The notes beneath the pieces are model-generated. The model was not told the DNA's origin. It made no database searches and worked only from the letters and a program-made list of their open reading frames with translations. A DNA stretch of 64,000 bases, from positions 29,963-93,962 of the forward strand of contig CASEYY010000041.1 in the NCBI GenBank assembly GCA_949292335.1. The letters run 5' to 3'. Below, piece after piece: positions 30,107-39,592 of the stretch; position 1 is the first letter of the stretch, and every line of letters starts with the position of its first letter. Both the position numbers and the translations under genes were made by a program. Origin of the DNA: an uncultured Pseudomonadota bacterium. GTDB lineage: Bacteria > Pseudomonadota > Alphaproteobacteria > RF32 > CAG-239.

Positions 30107-30913
30107 ATGGCAACGGCAAAACTTGTTACTTGGAATGTAAACTCCATACGAATCCGCTTGGAATTATTAAAATATTTGGTCGAAAAATACCAACCGGATA
30201 TTATTTGCCTGCAGGAAGTTAAAGCCAAGGAAGAAGATTTTCCGTTTGCGGAAGTAAAGTCTTTGGGGTTTGATAATATTGCCCTCTATGGTATGCCGGG
30301 TTACAACGGAGTGGCTATTTTGGCAAAACCTATGCTAAAAAATATTACAAAAGTCGATTGGGTCGGAAAACAAGATGCCAGACATATTAAAGCAACCGTT
30401 TTTGACGACATCGAAATAAATAATATCTATATTCCGGCCGGCGGCGACATCCCTGACCCGATTGTAAATTTGTCTTTTGCCCATAAACTTTGTTTTATGG
30501 ACGATATAAGCGAGTTTTATGAGCAACACAAAGCCTCTTTGGCCGGAAAAAAAATGCTTTTGTGCGGGGATTTTAATGTCGCCCCCAGTGAAAATGATGT
30601 CTGGAACCACAAACAACTGCTTAAAATTGTTTCGCACACGCCGATTGAAGTTGAAAGATTAACCAGATTGTTTAATTCGCTCGACTTTGTTGACGCGGTC
30701 AGAAAATTCTACCCCGAACCGCAAAAAATATTTTCGTGGTGGAGTTACCGTAACCCAAACTGGCAAACCAATAACAAAGGACGGCGGCTTGACCATATTT
30801 GGATTACGGCAAATCTCAGCAACCGTGTTGCGAACACCAAAATTCTAACGGAATTTCGTGCTCTCGACCGTCCCTCTGACCATGTGCCGGTGATGACCGA
30901 AATTAAAATATAA
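30107..30913 (+). CDS. xth: Exodeoxyribonuclease III
   Basis: TWNVNS, CLQEVK, GDFNVAP, SWWSYR, RLDH, SDHVPV. Confidence 0.95.
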   Translation: MATAKLVTWNVNSIRIRLELLKYLVEKYQPDIICLQEVKAKEEDFPFAEVKSLGFDNIALYGMPGYNGVAILAKPMLKNITKVDWVGKQDARHIKATVFDDIEINNIYIPAGGDIPDPIVNLSFAHKLCFMDDISEFYEQHKASLAGKKMLLCGDFNVAPSENDVWNHKQLLKIVSHTPIEVERLTRLFNSLDFVDAVRKFYPEPQKIFSWWSYRNPNWQTNNKGRRLDHIWITANLSNRVANTKILTEFRALDRPSDHVPVMTEIKI

Positions 30914-30916
30914 ATC

Positions 30917-31420
30917 CTATTTCTTCTTACCCGCCGTCGTTTGGGTATTACGCAAAGCCGCAATTAACTCGAAAAGACTGTCGGCAACATGATTATTCGG
31001 CAAACGAATAAAGTTGTTTACCAGCTCTTGAATATGCGAACTCTTGAGAGGGTCTTTGCTTGCTATAAAATCTGCGGATATATTATCATATTTATTACTG
31101 CTTACTATAAAGCGAGGACTCTTGTTGGTAATTTCTTGCGGCATATCTTGGTAGAAATAATTTGTGTCTACACCTAGCAGCGATGCAAAATCATATAATC
31201 TGCTCGCCGAAATACGATTTTGACCTTTTTCATATTTTTGAACTTGTTGAAATGAAATGCCCATTTTTTTGCCCAAAGTATTTTGGGACATTTTCAATGC
31301 CTTGCGTCGTAAAAGCAATCTCTTTCCGATGTAAATGTCAATTTGGTTGGGAGAACCGTCTATTTGGCGGCCGCGATTGTTTTTAAAATCCGAATTATAT
31401 TCTGTTTTGGATATTTTCAT
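30917..31420 (-). CDS. XRE-family helix-turn-helix regulator
   Basis: PNQIDIYIGKRL, GISFQQVQKYEKGQNRISASRL; AGGAGG RBS before the ATG at 31420. Confidence 0.88.
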   Translation of the reverse strand: MKISKTEYNSDFKNNRGRQIDGSPNQIDIYIGKRLLLRRKALKMSQNTLGKKMGISFQQVQKYEKGQNRISASRLYDFASLLGVDTNYFYQDMPQEITNKSPRFIVSSNKYDNISADFIASKDPLKSSHIQELVNNFIRLPNNHVADSLFELIAALRNTQTTAGKKK

Positions 31421-31504
31421 GTTACCTCCTGCAAAATGTTTTATTTTTCTCGTTATGCTATATAATATATAAAACGGCAATATAAAGTTGCAAGGGGGTG
31501 TATA

Positions 31505-31538
31505 TAAAAAAACGACCCTCGTCTTAGGCGAGAGCCGT
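31505..31538 (-). terminator. Terminator after tsf
   Basis: Minus strand ACGGCTCTCG-loop-CGAGGGTCGT then a T run. Confidence 0.7.
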
Positions 31539-31567
31539 ATGTTTTAAGCTGTCTTGCTTAATTTTGC

Positions 31568-32494
31568 TTATTTACCAAGCTGAGCGGCAACTTCGGCAGC
31601 AAAATCTTCTTCTTTTTTCTGCAAGCCTTCGCCAAGTTTGAAACGAACATAGTCAACCAATTTGATATCGGTGCCCATTTCTTTGGCAGCATCGGCAATA
31701 ACCTGTTTAACTTTTTTGTCAGGATCCATGATGTAAGCTTGTTCTTCAAGAACGACCTCGTCATAGTACTTACGAACACGGCCTTCAACCATCTTTTCGA
31801 TGATATTTTCCGGCTTGCCGGAAGCCTTAGCTTGCTCGGCAAAAATTGATTTTTCATGTTCTACGGCTTTGGCATCAACCGAAGCAATGTCTTTGAACAA
31901 AGGAGCAGAGGCGGCTATATGCATGGCAATGTGCTTACCCAGCTCTTCCAATTTTGCTTTGTCGCCGGTTGATTCAAGAGCAACCAAAACGCCGATTTTG
32001 CCGAGATTATTACCGCAGGCATTGTGCAAATAAGAAGCTATTACACCGTTGTTTACCTGTAACATGGCGGCACGACGCAAATTCATGTTTTCACCGATTT
32101 TGGCAATCAAGTCGGTTAATCTTTCTTCAAAAGTTTTGTTGCATTTCGGGCAGTGGAAAGTTTTCATATCACAAATTTCGCCGGAAGACAACAAGGCTAC
32201 TTTGGCGGCATCGGCCACATATTCTTGGAATAATTCATTCTTAGCAACAAAGTCAGTTTCGGAGTTAACTTCAACAACGGCACCTTTATTTCCTTCAACA
32301 CAAACCGAAACCAGTCCTTCGGCAGCGATACGGCTGGCTTTTTTGGCGGCAGAAGCCAAACCTTTTTTGCGTAACCAGTCTACTGCTTCATCCATATTGC
32401 CGTTTGCTTCAACCAAGGCTTTTTTGCAATCCAGCATTCCGGCTCCGGTTGCTTCTCTTAACTCTTTTACTTTTGCAGCTGTAATCTCTGTCAT
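31568..32494 (-). CDS. tsf: Elongation factor Ts
   Basis: VKELREATGAGMLDCKKAL, EVNSETDFVAKN. Confidence 0.98.
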   Translation of the reverse strand: MTEITAAKVKELREATGAGMLDCKKALVEANGNMDEAVDWLRKKGLASAAKKASRIAAEGLVSVCVEGNKGAVVEVNSETDFVAKNELFQEYVADAAKVALLSSGEICDMKTFHCPKCNKTFEERLTDLIAKIGENMNLRRAAMLQVNNGVIASYLHNACGNNLGKIGVLVALESTGDKAKLEELGKHIAMHIAASAPLFKDIASVDAKAVEHEKSIFAEQAKASGKPENIIEKMVEGRVRKYYDEVVLEEQAYIMDPDKKVKQVIADAAKEMGTDIKLVDYVRFKLGEGLQKKEEDFAAEVAAQLGK

Positions 32495-32591
32495 TTTTTA
32501 TTTCCTCTAATCTTGCTTTTCTCTTATCTGTTCGGGCGGCACTAACCTTATGATTAATGCCGCCTTGACTTATGCTTATTGTTAAAGAATA

Positions 32592-33398
32592 TTATTCTTC
32601 AACTGCTTCGGCTTTTTCGGCTGATTTTTTGGTTGTTCTTTTTCTAGCCGGTTTGGCTTCGGCTTTTTCGGCAACCATTTCTTCAACCTTAACACCTTGA
32701 GCAGCTATGGCAGCTTGCATACCGTCCAAAACTGCTCCGGAAATCATTTCGGAATAGAATTGGATTGCACGGATGGCGTCATCGTTGCCGGGAACCGGTA
32801 AATCTACGGATTCCGGATCAGCATTGGTATCGCAAATTCCGATAACGGGAATACCGAGCTTCTTAGCTTCTTTGATAGCCAAAGACTCTTTGCAGGTATC
32901 AATTACGAATACCAAATCGGGCTGACCGCCCATGTTCATGATACCGCCGAGCTCAAGTTGCAATTTTTCTTGTTCTTTTTTCAAGCCTTGCAATTCTTTT
33001 TTGGTGTAACCGGTCAAATCACCTTTTTCAAACATCTCGTTTAATTTAACCAAACGGGTGATTGATTTGTGAACGGTTTTCCAGTTGGTCAACATACCTC
33101 CCAACCAACGTTGGTTGACAAAGTATTGACCGCAACGTTCGGCATTCTCTTTGATAATGTCTTGTGCCTGTTTTTTGGTAGCAACAAACAATACTTTTCC
33201 GCCCTGAGCTGCTATCTCTCTGGTAGTAGCCATTGCTGTATAAAGCATCGGATAAGTCTTTTGCAAATCAATAATGTGAATGCCGTCTTTTTTGCCGTAA
33301 ATGTACGGAGCCATCTTCGGATTCCAACGACGAGCGTGGTGTCCGAAGTGTACGCCAGCTTCAATCATCTGACGCAATGTAAATGTAGGAAGAGTCAT
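32592..33398 (-). CDS. rpsB: 30S ribosomal protein S2
   Basis: AGVHFGH, WNPKM, RWLGGMLTNW, PGNDDA; start re-called to the ATG at 33398. Confidence 0.97.
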   Translation of the reverse strand: MTLPTFTLRQMIEAGVHFGHHARRWNPKMAPYIYGKKDGIHIIDLQKTYPMLYTAMATTREIAAQGGKVLFVATKKQAQDIIKENAERCGQYFVNQRWLGGMLTNWKTVHKSITRLVKLNEMFEKGDLTGYTKKELQGLKKEQEKLQLELGGIMNMGGQPDLVFVIDTCKESLAIKEAKKLGIPVIGICDTNADPESVDLPVPGNDDAIRAIQFYSEMISGAVLDGMQAAIAAQGVKVEEMVAEKAEAKPARKRTTKKSAEKAEAVEE

Positions 33399-33510
33399 TT
33401 TTATTTTCCTTCTTTTCCGGTTAATCCTCCGCAAGTTCTGTGGTCTTTTTATCGACACCGGAGTGAGGCTTAAAGCAGCCCCCGCTACTTGCGTGTGAGT
33501 TATAAGAACG
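33399..33510 (-). promoter_or_regulatory. rpsB 5' leader (S2 autoregulatory element)
   Basis: CACACGCAAGT...ACTTGCGGAGGATTAACC long-range stem directly upstream of rpsB. Confidence 0.6.
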
Positions 33511-33674
33511 CACCATGCGTCCTTTTCGCGACTCTTTTTATACATAAATTACTAAATTTGCAAGAGTTTTTTCAAAAAAAAAGAATTGTTGAATTGTAAA
33601 AGTTTGTACTTGTGATTTTTAAGCTTTTGTTTTATGTTACCCCTTGAATTGTAAAGCTTTGATGAAGGATTGTA

Positions 33675-35663
33675 ATGTCTGACCTGTTTGATGAAAAAAA
33701 TAATGATGTAAAAGATTATTCGGCTAACTCTATTGAAGTACTGGAAGGGTTGGAACCGGTCAGACATCGTCCGGGTATGTATATCGGCGGTACCGATGAA
33801 ACCGCTCTGCACCATTTGGTTGCCGAAATCTTGGATAACTCCATGGATGAAGCCGTTGCCGGTTTTGCCAGTAAAATTGATGTTATCTTAAACGCTGATT
33901 TTTCGGTCACCATTGTTGATAACGGCCGCGGTATTCCGGTTGACCCTCATCCAAAATACCCCAACAAATCAGCTCTGGAAGTCATTATGACTATGTTGCA
34001 CTCCGGCGGTAAATTCGGCGGCGGGGCTTATAAAGTCTCCGGCGGATTGCACGGGGTCGGTCTTTCGGTGGTCAATGCCTTGTCGGAAAATTTGGTAGTG
34101 GAAATTGCCCGCGATAAAAAATTATATCGTCAGGTATATGCCAAGGGTATTCCGCAAACTCCCTTGGAGTTTATCGGAAATGCTCCTAACCGCCGCGGTA
34201 CTTCAATCACATTTAAACCGGACCCCGAAATATTCGGCGTAAATTCGAACCTGCAACCTAACAGAATTTTCAGAATGGCTCGCTCAAAGGCTTTTCTGTT
34301 TAAGGGAATCAAAATTAACTGGCATTGTGCTCCGGAAGTTTTGGGCGAAGGTGAGGCTACTCCTTTAGATGCCGAACTCTGCTTCCCTAACGGTTTGCTC
34401 GATTTTCTTAATTATCAAATCGGTGCTAAAACCACCATCAACCGCCGACCGTTTACCGGTGAAGCGGAGCTTGATAATGACGAAGGAAAAGTCGAGTGGG
34501 CAATCACCTGGCCGGAAGATGAAAACGGTTTCTGCTATTCCTATTGCAACACCGTTATCACTCCCTTAGGCGGAACTCACGAAACCGGATTTAAATCGGC
34601 TCTTATAAAAGGTCTTAAAGAATACGGCGAAATGATAAATAACAAAAAAGCCGCCGCCGTTACCGCCGAAGATTTCTTGAGTGATGCCGCAATTATGTTG
34701 TCGGTATTTATTCGTGACCCCCAATTTCAGGGACAAACCAAAGATAAGCTTACCTCAAACAAAGCCGTGCGGTTGGTAGAATCCGCAGTTAAAGATTCTT
34801 TCGATCACTGGTTGTCGTCAGATTTGGAAAACGCTGCCGCTTTGCTTGAATATGTTATTGAAAGAGCCGAGGCCAGAAAAAAGAAAAAAGAAGAAAAAGA
34901 AAAGGTGAGAAAAACTCCGACCAAGCGATTGCGTCTGCCGGGAAAATTGGCCGACTGCTCTCAGGCTTCGGCCGAAAATACCGAAATCTTCATCGTTGAG
35001 GGTGATTCCGCCGGCGGTTCGGCAAAACAAGGTCGTGACCGCGTTACACAAGCAATCTTACCTTTACGCGGAAAAATTCTTAATGTGGCAAGTGCTTCTT
35101 TAGAAAAAATAACCCAAAACCAAGAAATTAAAGATATGATTGAAGCCTTGGGTTGCGGTACTAAAGAAAATTACAAAGAAGAAAACCTGCGTTATGAAAA
35201 AATCATCATTATGACCGATGCCGATGTTGACGGAGCTCATATCGCGTCTTTGCTGATGACTTTCTTCTACCAGCATATGCCCCAGCTCATTGCTAACGGA
35301 CACCTCTTTATTGCAACTCCCCCGCTTTATAAAATTGCCGTCGGCGGTAAAAACTATTATGCCTTGGATGATGAGGATAAAGATAAAATCTTGGCTAAAG
35401 TTGTTAAAGGAAACCAAAAGCCCGATATCAGCCGCTTCAAAGGCTTGGGTGAAATGAGTGCTCAGCAGCTTAAAGAAACAACCATGGATAAGAAAAATCG
35501 TATGCTGCTGAAAGTTATGATACCTTCTACCACAACCGAAGAAGGTAAAGAAGAAGCCTTTGAAACCAGAAGACAGGTTGAAAGATTAATGGGTAAAAAT
35601 CCGGAACTGCGATTCAAATTTATTATTGAACGAGCCAAATTCGTTAACGATTTGGATATTTAA
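33675..35663 (+). CDS. parE: DNA topoisomerase IV subunit B
   Basis: LEGLEPVRHRPGMYIGGTD, LPGKLADC, VEGDSAGGSAKQ, RFKGLGEM. Confidence 0.95.
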   Translation: MSDLFDEKNNDVKDYSANSIEVLEGLEPVRHRPGMYIGGTDETALHHLVAEILDNSMDEAVAGFASKIDVILNADFSVTIVDNGRGIPVDPHPKYPNKSALEVIMTMLHSGGKFGGGAYKVSGGLHGVGLSVVNALSENLVVEIARDKKLYRQVYAKGIPQTPLEFIGNAPNRRGTSITFKPDPEIFGVNSNLQPNRIFRMARSKAFLFKGIKINWHCAPEVLGEGEATPLDAELCFPNGLLDFLNYQIGAKTTINRRPFTGEAELDNDEGKVEWAITWPEDENGFCYSYCNTVITPLGGTHETGFKSALIKGLKEYGEMINNKKAAAVTAEDFLSDAAIMLSVFIRDPQFQGQTKDKLTSNKAVRLVESAVKDSFDHWLSSDLENAAALLEYVIERAEARKKKKEEKEKVRKTPTKRLRLPGKLADCSQASAENTEIFIVEGDSAGGSAKQGRDRVTQAILPLRGKILNVASASLEKITQNQEIKDMIEALGCGTKENYKEENLRYEKIIIMTDADVDGAHIASLLMTFFYQHMPQLIANGHLFIATPPLYKIAVGGKNYYALDDEDKDKILAKVVKGNQKPDISRFKGLGEMSAQQLKETTMDKKNRMLLKVMIPSTTTEEGKEEAFETRRQVERLMGKNPELRFKFIIERAKFVNDLDI

Positions 35664-35666
35664 ATC

Positions 35667-36614
35667 ATGAAAATATCGGCTGTTTTACTTTCTTTGTTAG
35701 TGGTTTTTATATGGGGTATTAACCCCGCTACCAGTAAATTGGGACTGGAACAAATTCCTCCAATGACATATTTAACCATCAGGTATCTGATTATCTCTTT
35801 GTTGGTGCTTCCCTTTGCTGATAAACCTTCAAAAAAAGAATTTTGGCAATTACTGATTGTTGCTCTCACTTCAAATGTCATTAATAATGTTCTGAGTTAT
35901 GTCGCCTATAGTGTCTTGTCGCCGTCTGCAAGTTCATTATTGTTGCAAACCGAAGGTCCGATATCGGTTTTAATGGCTTGCATCTGGGCAAAAGAAAAAA
36001 TTAATCTAAAGCAGGTTTTGGCGATTTTGCTGTCTTTCGTCGGGGTTGTTGTCATCTTGGGAGTACCAAATATGAATTTATTTGGCGTCCTGGCAATTAT
36101 TGCTTCTCGCTTCTTTTGGGGCGGTTGCCAAATTATTTTTAAGGGAACTAAACATATGGCAACAACTACTTTTTTGGCTTATTCATACCTCTTTGCCGTC
36201 CCTTTTACCGCTGCCGGTTCTGTTTGGGTGGAAAATTACGACTACCATAATTTGGAGCTGGTCGATTGGAATATTGCTGGATGGGCTTTGGCTTACGAAG
36301 TTGTTGCTTTGTCTTTGGCTATGGTGTTGTGGCAAAAACTTATTGCCGCAAACGGGGTAAGTAAGATTGCTCCGTTTTGCACCTTGAGAATCGTCTTTGG
36401 TATTGCCGCCGGAGTGATTGTGTTTAATGATCCGTTAAATTGGCAAATATTATTGGGTGCCTTGCTGGTAACCTTTGGCGTTTTGCTGACGATGAAAGAA
36501 TTTAATATTATTTTGAAAGCACGGGTAAACTCCGTAGAAGTTTACCGAAATGCTCATAGAATTTTGATGGAAAGAAAGTTAAAAAGAATATCTTTAAGAA
36601 AGAAACACAGATGA
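35667..36614 (+). CDS. EamA/DMT family transporter
   Basis: About 10 hydrophobic helices in two repeats; FIWG, WAKEKI. Confidence 0.8.
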   Translation: MKISAVLLSLLVVFIWGINPATSKLGLEQIPPMTYLTIRYLIISLLVLPFADKPSKKEFWQLLIVALTSNVINNVLSYVAYSVLSPSASSLLLQTEGPISVLMACIWAKEKINLKQVLAILLSFVGVVVILGVPNMNLFGVLAIIASRFFWGGCQIIFKGTKHMATTTFLAYSYLFAVPFTAAGSVWVENYDYHNLELVDWNIAGWALAYEVVALSLAMVLWQKLIAANGVSKIAPFCTLRIVFGIAAGVIVFNDPLNWQILLGALLVTFGVLLTMKEFNIILKARVNSVEVYRNAHRILMERKLKRISLRKKHR

Positions 36615-37078
36615 TCAGAAAATATCAGGCAAATGATGTTGAAAAAGTTTTGAATATTTGGCTTAAGGCGAGCGTGCAGTCGCATAAGTTTGTCAGCGAA
36701 GAGTATTGGCAAAATATGGTGCCGGTAATTAAAAAATATTATTTACCAAACACCGATAGCTTCGTGTTTGAAGACAAGCATAAAATAAAGGGTTTTATGA
36801 GTATTATTGATGAAAAGCATCTCGGTGCATTATTTGTTGCTCCCGAATTTCAAAATCAAAAAATCGGAACTAAGCTCATTAACTACGCCAAAAGAAGATA
36901 TCCGGAGTTGACTCTTAAAGTGTTTATTAAAAACATTGATGCTCTGCGATTTTATCAAAGAAATAATTTCAAAATCATTGCCGAGCAAACCGATGATGAT
37001 ACCAAAGAAATTGAGCTGTTGATGAGTTGGTCGTTGGAATCTAAAACCGGAAATCAGCGAAAACCCGGGGATTCTTAA
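36611..37078 (+). CDS. GNAT family N-acetyltransferase
   Basis: LFVAPEFQNQKIGTKL, NIDALRFYQ. Confidence 0.85.
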   Translation: MIRKYQANDVEKVLNIWLKASVQSHKFVSEEYWQNMVPVIKKYYLPNTDSFVFEDKHKIKGFMSIIDEKHLGALFVAPEFQNQKIGTKLINYAKRRYPELTLKVFIKNIDALRFYQRNNFKIIAEQTDDDTKEIELLMSWSLESKTGNQRKPGDS

Positions 37079-37081
37079 ACA

Positions 37082-37125
37082 AAAAAAGCATATTCACTCA
37101 CAGAAGAGAGAATATGCTTATTTTT
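37082..37125. terminator. Bidirectional terminator between the convergent GNAT and adenylate kinase genes
   Basis: AAGCATATTC...GAATATGCTT flanked by A and T runs. Confidence 0.7.
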
Positions 37126-37739
37126 TAGCAATGCGCCATCACTTGTTTAATGATTTCGGCATTTTTTTCGGTTTCTGTTCCCTTAAATATTAAGGTAATT
37201 TCGCTCCAAGTCATCAAATCAGGCAATACGGCTTTGGTGACACGGTTGTAGTAACTAATGCGGTTTTTAATCCACTTGTCATCATCACGGACAATCAATT
37301 CTCCGGCACATTTAACACATTTTCCGTTGCCGGCAAATTGGGTCGTTCCGCATTTTGAGCAAACTCTTCTTTGTTCTATACGCGACAAGATAAGCTTCTC
37401 CGGTGGATTAACATGTACGCATATAACCTGATAGTCGTTTTTCAGTTTGTTTTTCAGGTATTTCAACTGCGAAAAATTGCGAGGGTAACCATCCAACAAA
37501 ATATCGCCGTCAGTTTGCGTGAAGATGTCTAAAATCGGATTAATAACCGAATCTTCCACCAAAGAACCAGAGGTGATATAATCGGCTACTTTCTTTCCTA
37601 ATAAAGTATCCTTTCTTACCTCTTCGCGCAAAATATCACCGGTTGAAACTTTGGTAATGCCTGTTTTTTCTACCAATACATCCCCGAGCAACCCCTTTCC
37701 TGACCCAGGAGCTCCAAATAGAATAATAAGTTTTTTCAT
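37125..37739 (-). CDS. adk: Adenylate kinase family protein with Cys4 LID
   Basis: GAPGSGKG, STGDILR, LDGYPR, CSKC...CVKC, RDDD; start re-called to the ATG at 37739. Confidence 0.8.
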   Translation of the reverse strand: MKKLIILFGAPGSGKGLLGDVLVEKTGITKVSTGDILREEVRKDTLLGKKVADYITSGSLVEDSVINPILDIFTQTDGDILLDGYPRNFSQLKYLKNKLKNDYQVICVHVNPPEKLILSRIEQRRVCSKCGTTQFAGNGKCVKCAGELIVRDDDKWIKNRISYYNRVTKAVLPDLMTWSEITLIFKGTETEKNAEIIKQVMAHC

Positions 37740-37861
37740 AACATTGTATTTTGAGTTAATAATATTTTCTTTGAGTTTTTTATATAGGTTAAATATTATT
37801 TTGTACAGCATTTTTTACGCTTGACTTTTTTATAAAAATTTATTACCTTGCTCTCGACTTT

Positions 37862-37937
<76 letters not shown>

Positions 37938-37944
37938 ATTTATG

Positions 37945-37979
37945 AAGGCTCGCATCCCAAGCGAGCCTTTTGTTTTTTT
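37945..37979 (+). terminator. Terminator after tRNA-Ala(GGC)
   Basis: AAGGCTCGC-loop-GCGAGCCTT plus T tract. Confidence 0.8.
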
Positions 37980-38161
37980 GGGGGTATAGCTCAGTTGGGA
38001 TGGCTAAGTAAAATCAACAAAAGTTTGTTGATTTTGTCTGTAACATCTTGGCTACCTTAATTGAGCAAAATCAGCGACAGCGATTGCTTGCGAAATTTAG
38101 GTACCCAAGGCGTCGCTCGACCTGATAACAAATAATTTTTGGGGGTATAGCTCAGTTGGGA
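37975..38161 (+). repeat. 26-bp direct repeat of the tRNA 5' end flanking a 135-bp hairpin-rich insert
   Basis: TTTTTGGGGGTATAGCTCAGTTGGGA at 37975-38000 and 38136-38161. Confidence 0.8.
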
Positions 38162-38216
38162 GAGCGAATGGTTCGCAATCATTAGGTCAGCGGTTCGATC
38201 CCGCTTACCTCCACCA
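38141..38216 (+). tRNA. tRNA-Ala(CGC)
   Basis: 76-nt cloverleaf, anticodon loop TTCGCAA, G3:U70, CCA. Confidence 0.93.
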
Positions 38217-38220
38217 ATTA

Positions 38221-38255
38221 AAAGCCTGCTTTTTTCAAGCGGGCTTTAACTTTTT
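38221..38255 (+). terminator. Terminator after tRNA-Ala(CGC)
   Basis: AAAGCCTGCTT...AAGCGGGCTTT. Confidence 0.7.
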
Positions 38256-38307
38256 GTTATATCTTATGGTGGATTATATTCTTAGTTTGAATTTGGGAGA
38301 AATTACA

Positions 38308-39516
38308 ATGTCTGCAGAACAAACTCCTCGTGCTTTGCGTTATAATATTGCTATCGTCGGCAAAAGAAATGCCGGTAAATCTTCTTTGATAAATGCTATT
38401 TGCGGACAGGATGTTGCCATTGTTTCGGCAATAGCCGGAACCACAACCGATGCCGTGGCCAAACCTTATGAACTTTTACCTTTGGGGCCAGTGACTTTTT
38501 ATGATACCGCCGGATTAGATGATGATTCCAATTTAGGTAAACAAAGAATCTCTGCAACTAAGAAAGTTTTGTTTCGTGCTGATGCCGCTGTGCTCGTGGT
38601 TGATGAAAAAGGTTTTGATAACCACGATTTTGAAATCGTAAATTCTCTGCAATGTATGAATATTCCTTTCATCGTAGTGTTTAATAAATGTGATATAAAC
38701 AACCCTTCCGCCGAAGATGTTTTGTTCTGTGAAAGAAACAAAATAGTTTACCTCTCTACCTCAACAGAGAAAAATATTGGAATTTCAGAGATTAAAACAG
38801 AGCTTATTAAACTTATTCCGGAAGAAAAACAAAAACAATCCTTATTACTTGACGGACTGGTTAAAGAAGGTGATTGCGTAGTTTTGGTAACTCCGATTGA
38901 CTCTTCGGCTCCTAAAGGAAGACTTATTCTGCCTCAGGTACAAATGCTAAGAGAAATTGTTGATTTGCATGCTTATGTCATTGTTGCACAACCGGAAGAG
39001 CTCGAAAAAACTCTGGAAAATATTAAAAACAAACCTAAACTGGTAATAACCGACTCTCAGGCTTTTGCAAAAGTTGCCGCTACCGTGCCGCAAGATATTC
39101 CTTTGACTTCTTTCTCTATTTTGTTTGCCAGACTAAAAGGAGATTTTGATGTTTTGTTGCAAGGAACAAGAAAAATTGATGAACTAACCGATAATGCAAA
39201 AGTCTTAATTGCCGAAGCCTGCTCTCATCATGCTCAGGACGATGATATCGCAAAAGTAAAAATTCCGGCTCTTATGAAAAAATATACCCAAAAAGATATC
39301 AATTTCTCTTTTTGTGTCGGAAGCGATTTTCCGGAAAATTTGGAAGAATTCGACCTGGTTATTCATTGCGGAGCTTGTATGCTAAACCAAGTTGAAATGC
39401 AAAGAAGATTGCGGGAATGTACTCGCCGTAATGTCCCCATTACAAACTATGGTATGACCATTTCAAAAACTCTGGGGATTTTGGAAAGAGCAATCGCCCC
39501 GCTTATGCAAAAATAA
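38308..39516 (+). CDS. hydF: [FeFe]-hydrogenase H-cluster maturation GTPase HydF
   Basis: GKRNAGKSS, DTAG, NKCD, APKGRLILPQ, TDSQ, EACSHH, HCGACMLN; GGGAGA RBS before the ATG at 38308. Confidence 0.93.
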   Translation: MSAEQTPRALRYNIAIVGKRNAGKSSLINAICGQDVAIVSAIAGTTTDAVAKPYELLPLGPVTFYDTAGLDDDSNLGKQRISATKKVLFRADAAVLVVDEKGFDNHDFEIVNSLQCMNIPFIVVFNKCDINNPSAEDVLFCERNKIVYLSTSTEKNIGISEIKTELIKLIPEEKQKQSLLLDGLVKEGDCVVLVTPIDSSAPKGRLILPQVQMLREIVDLHAYVIVAQPEELEKTLENIKNKPKLVITDSQAFAKVAATVPQDIPLTSFSILFARLKGDFDVLLQGTRKIDELTDNAKVLIAEACSHHAQDDDIAKVKIPALMKKYTQKDINFSFCVGSDFPENLEEFDLVIHCGACMLNQVEMQRRLRECTRRNVPITNYGMTISKTLGILERAIAPLMQK

Positions 39517-39592
39517 AAACCTACCTCCTTGTTTTTTGCTTAATACCGCTTATCTCTTTAAGCGGTATTAATTTTTACAAGGAGATGCTTGA

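Noticed and set aside
37980-38135. Intron-containing or third tRNA gene
   Set aside because: Only the first 21 nt match; no anticodon arm, T arm or 3' half before the next full tRNA.
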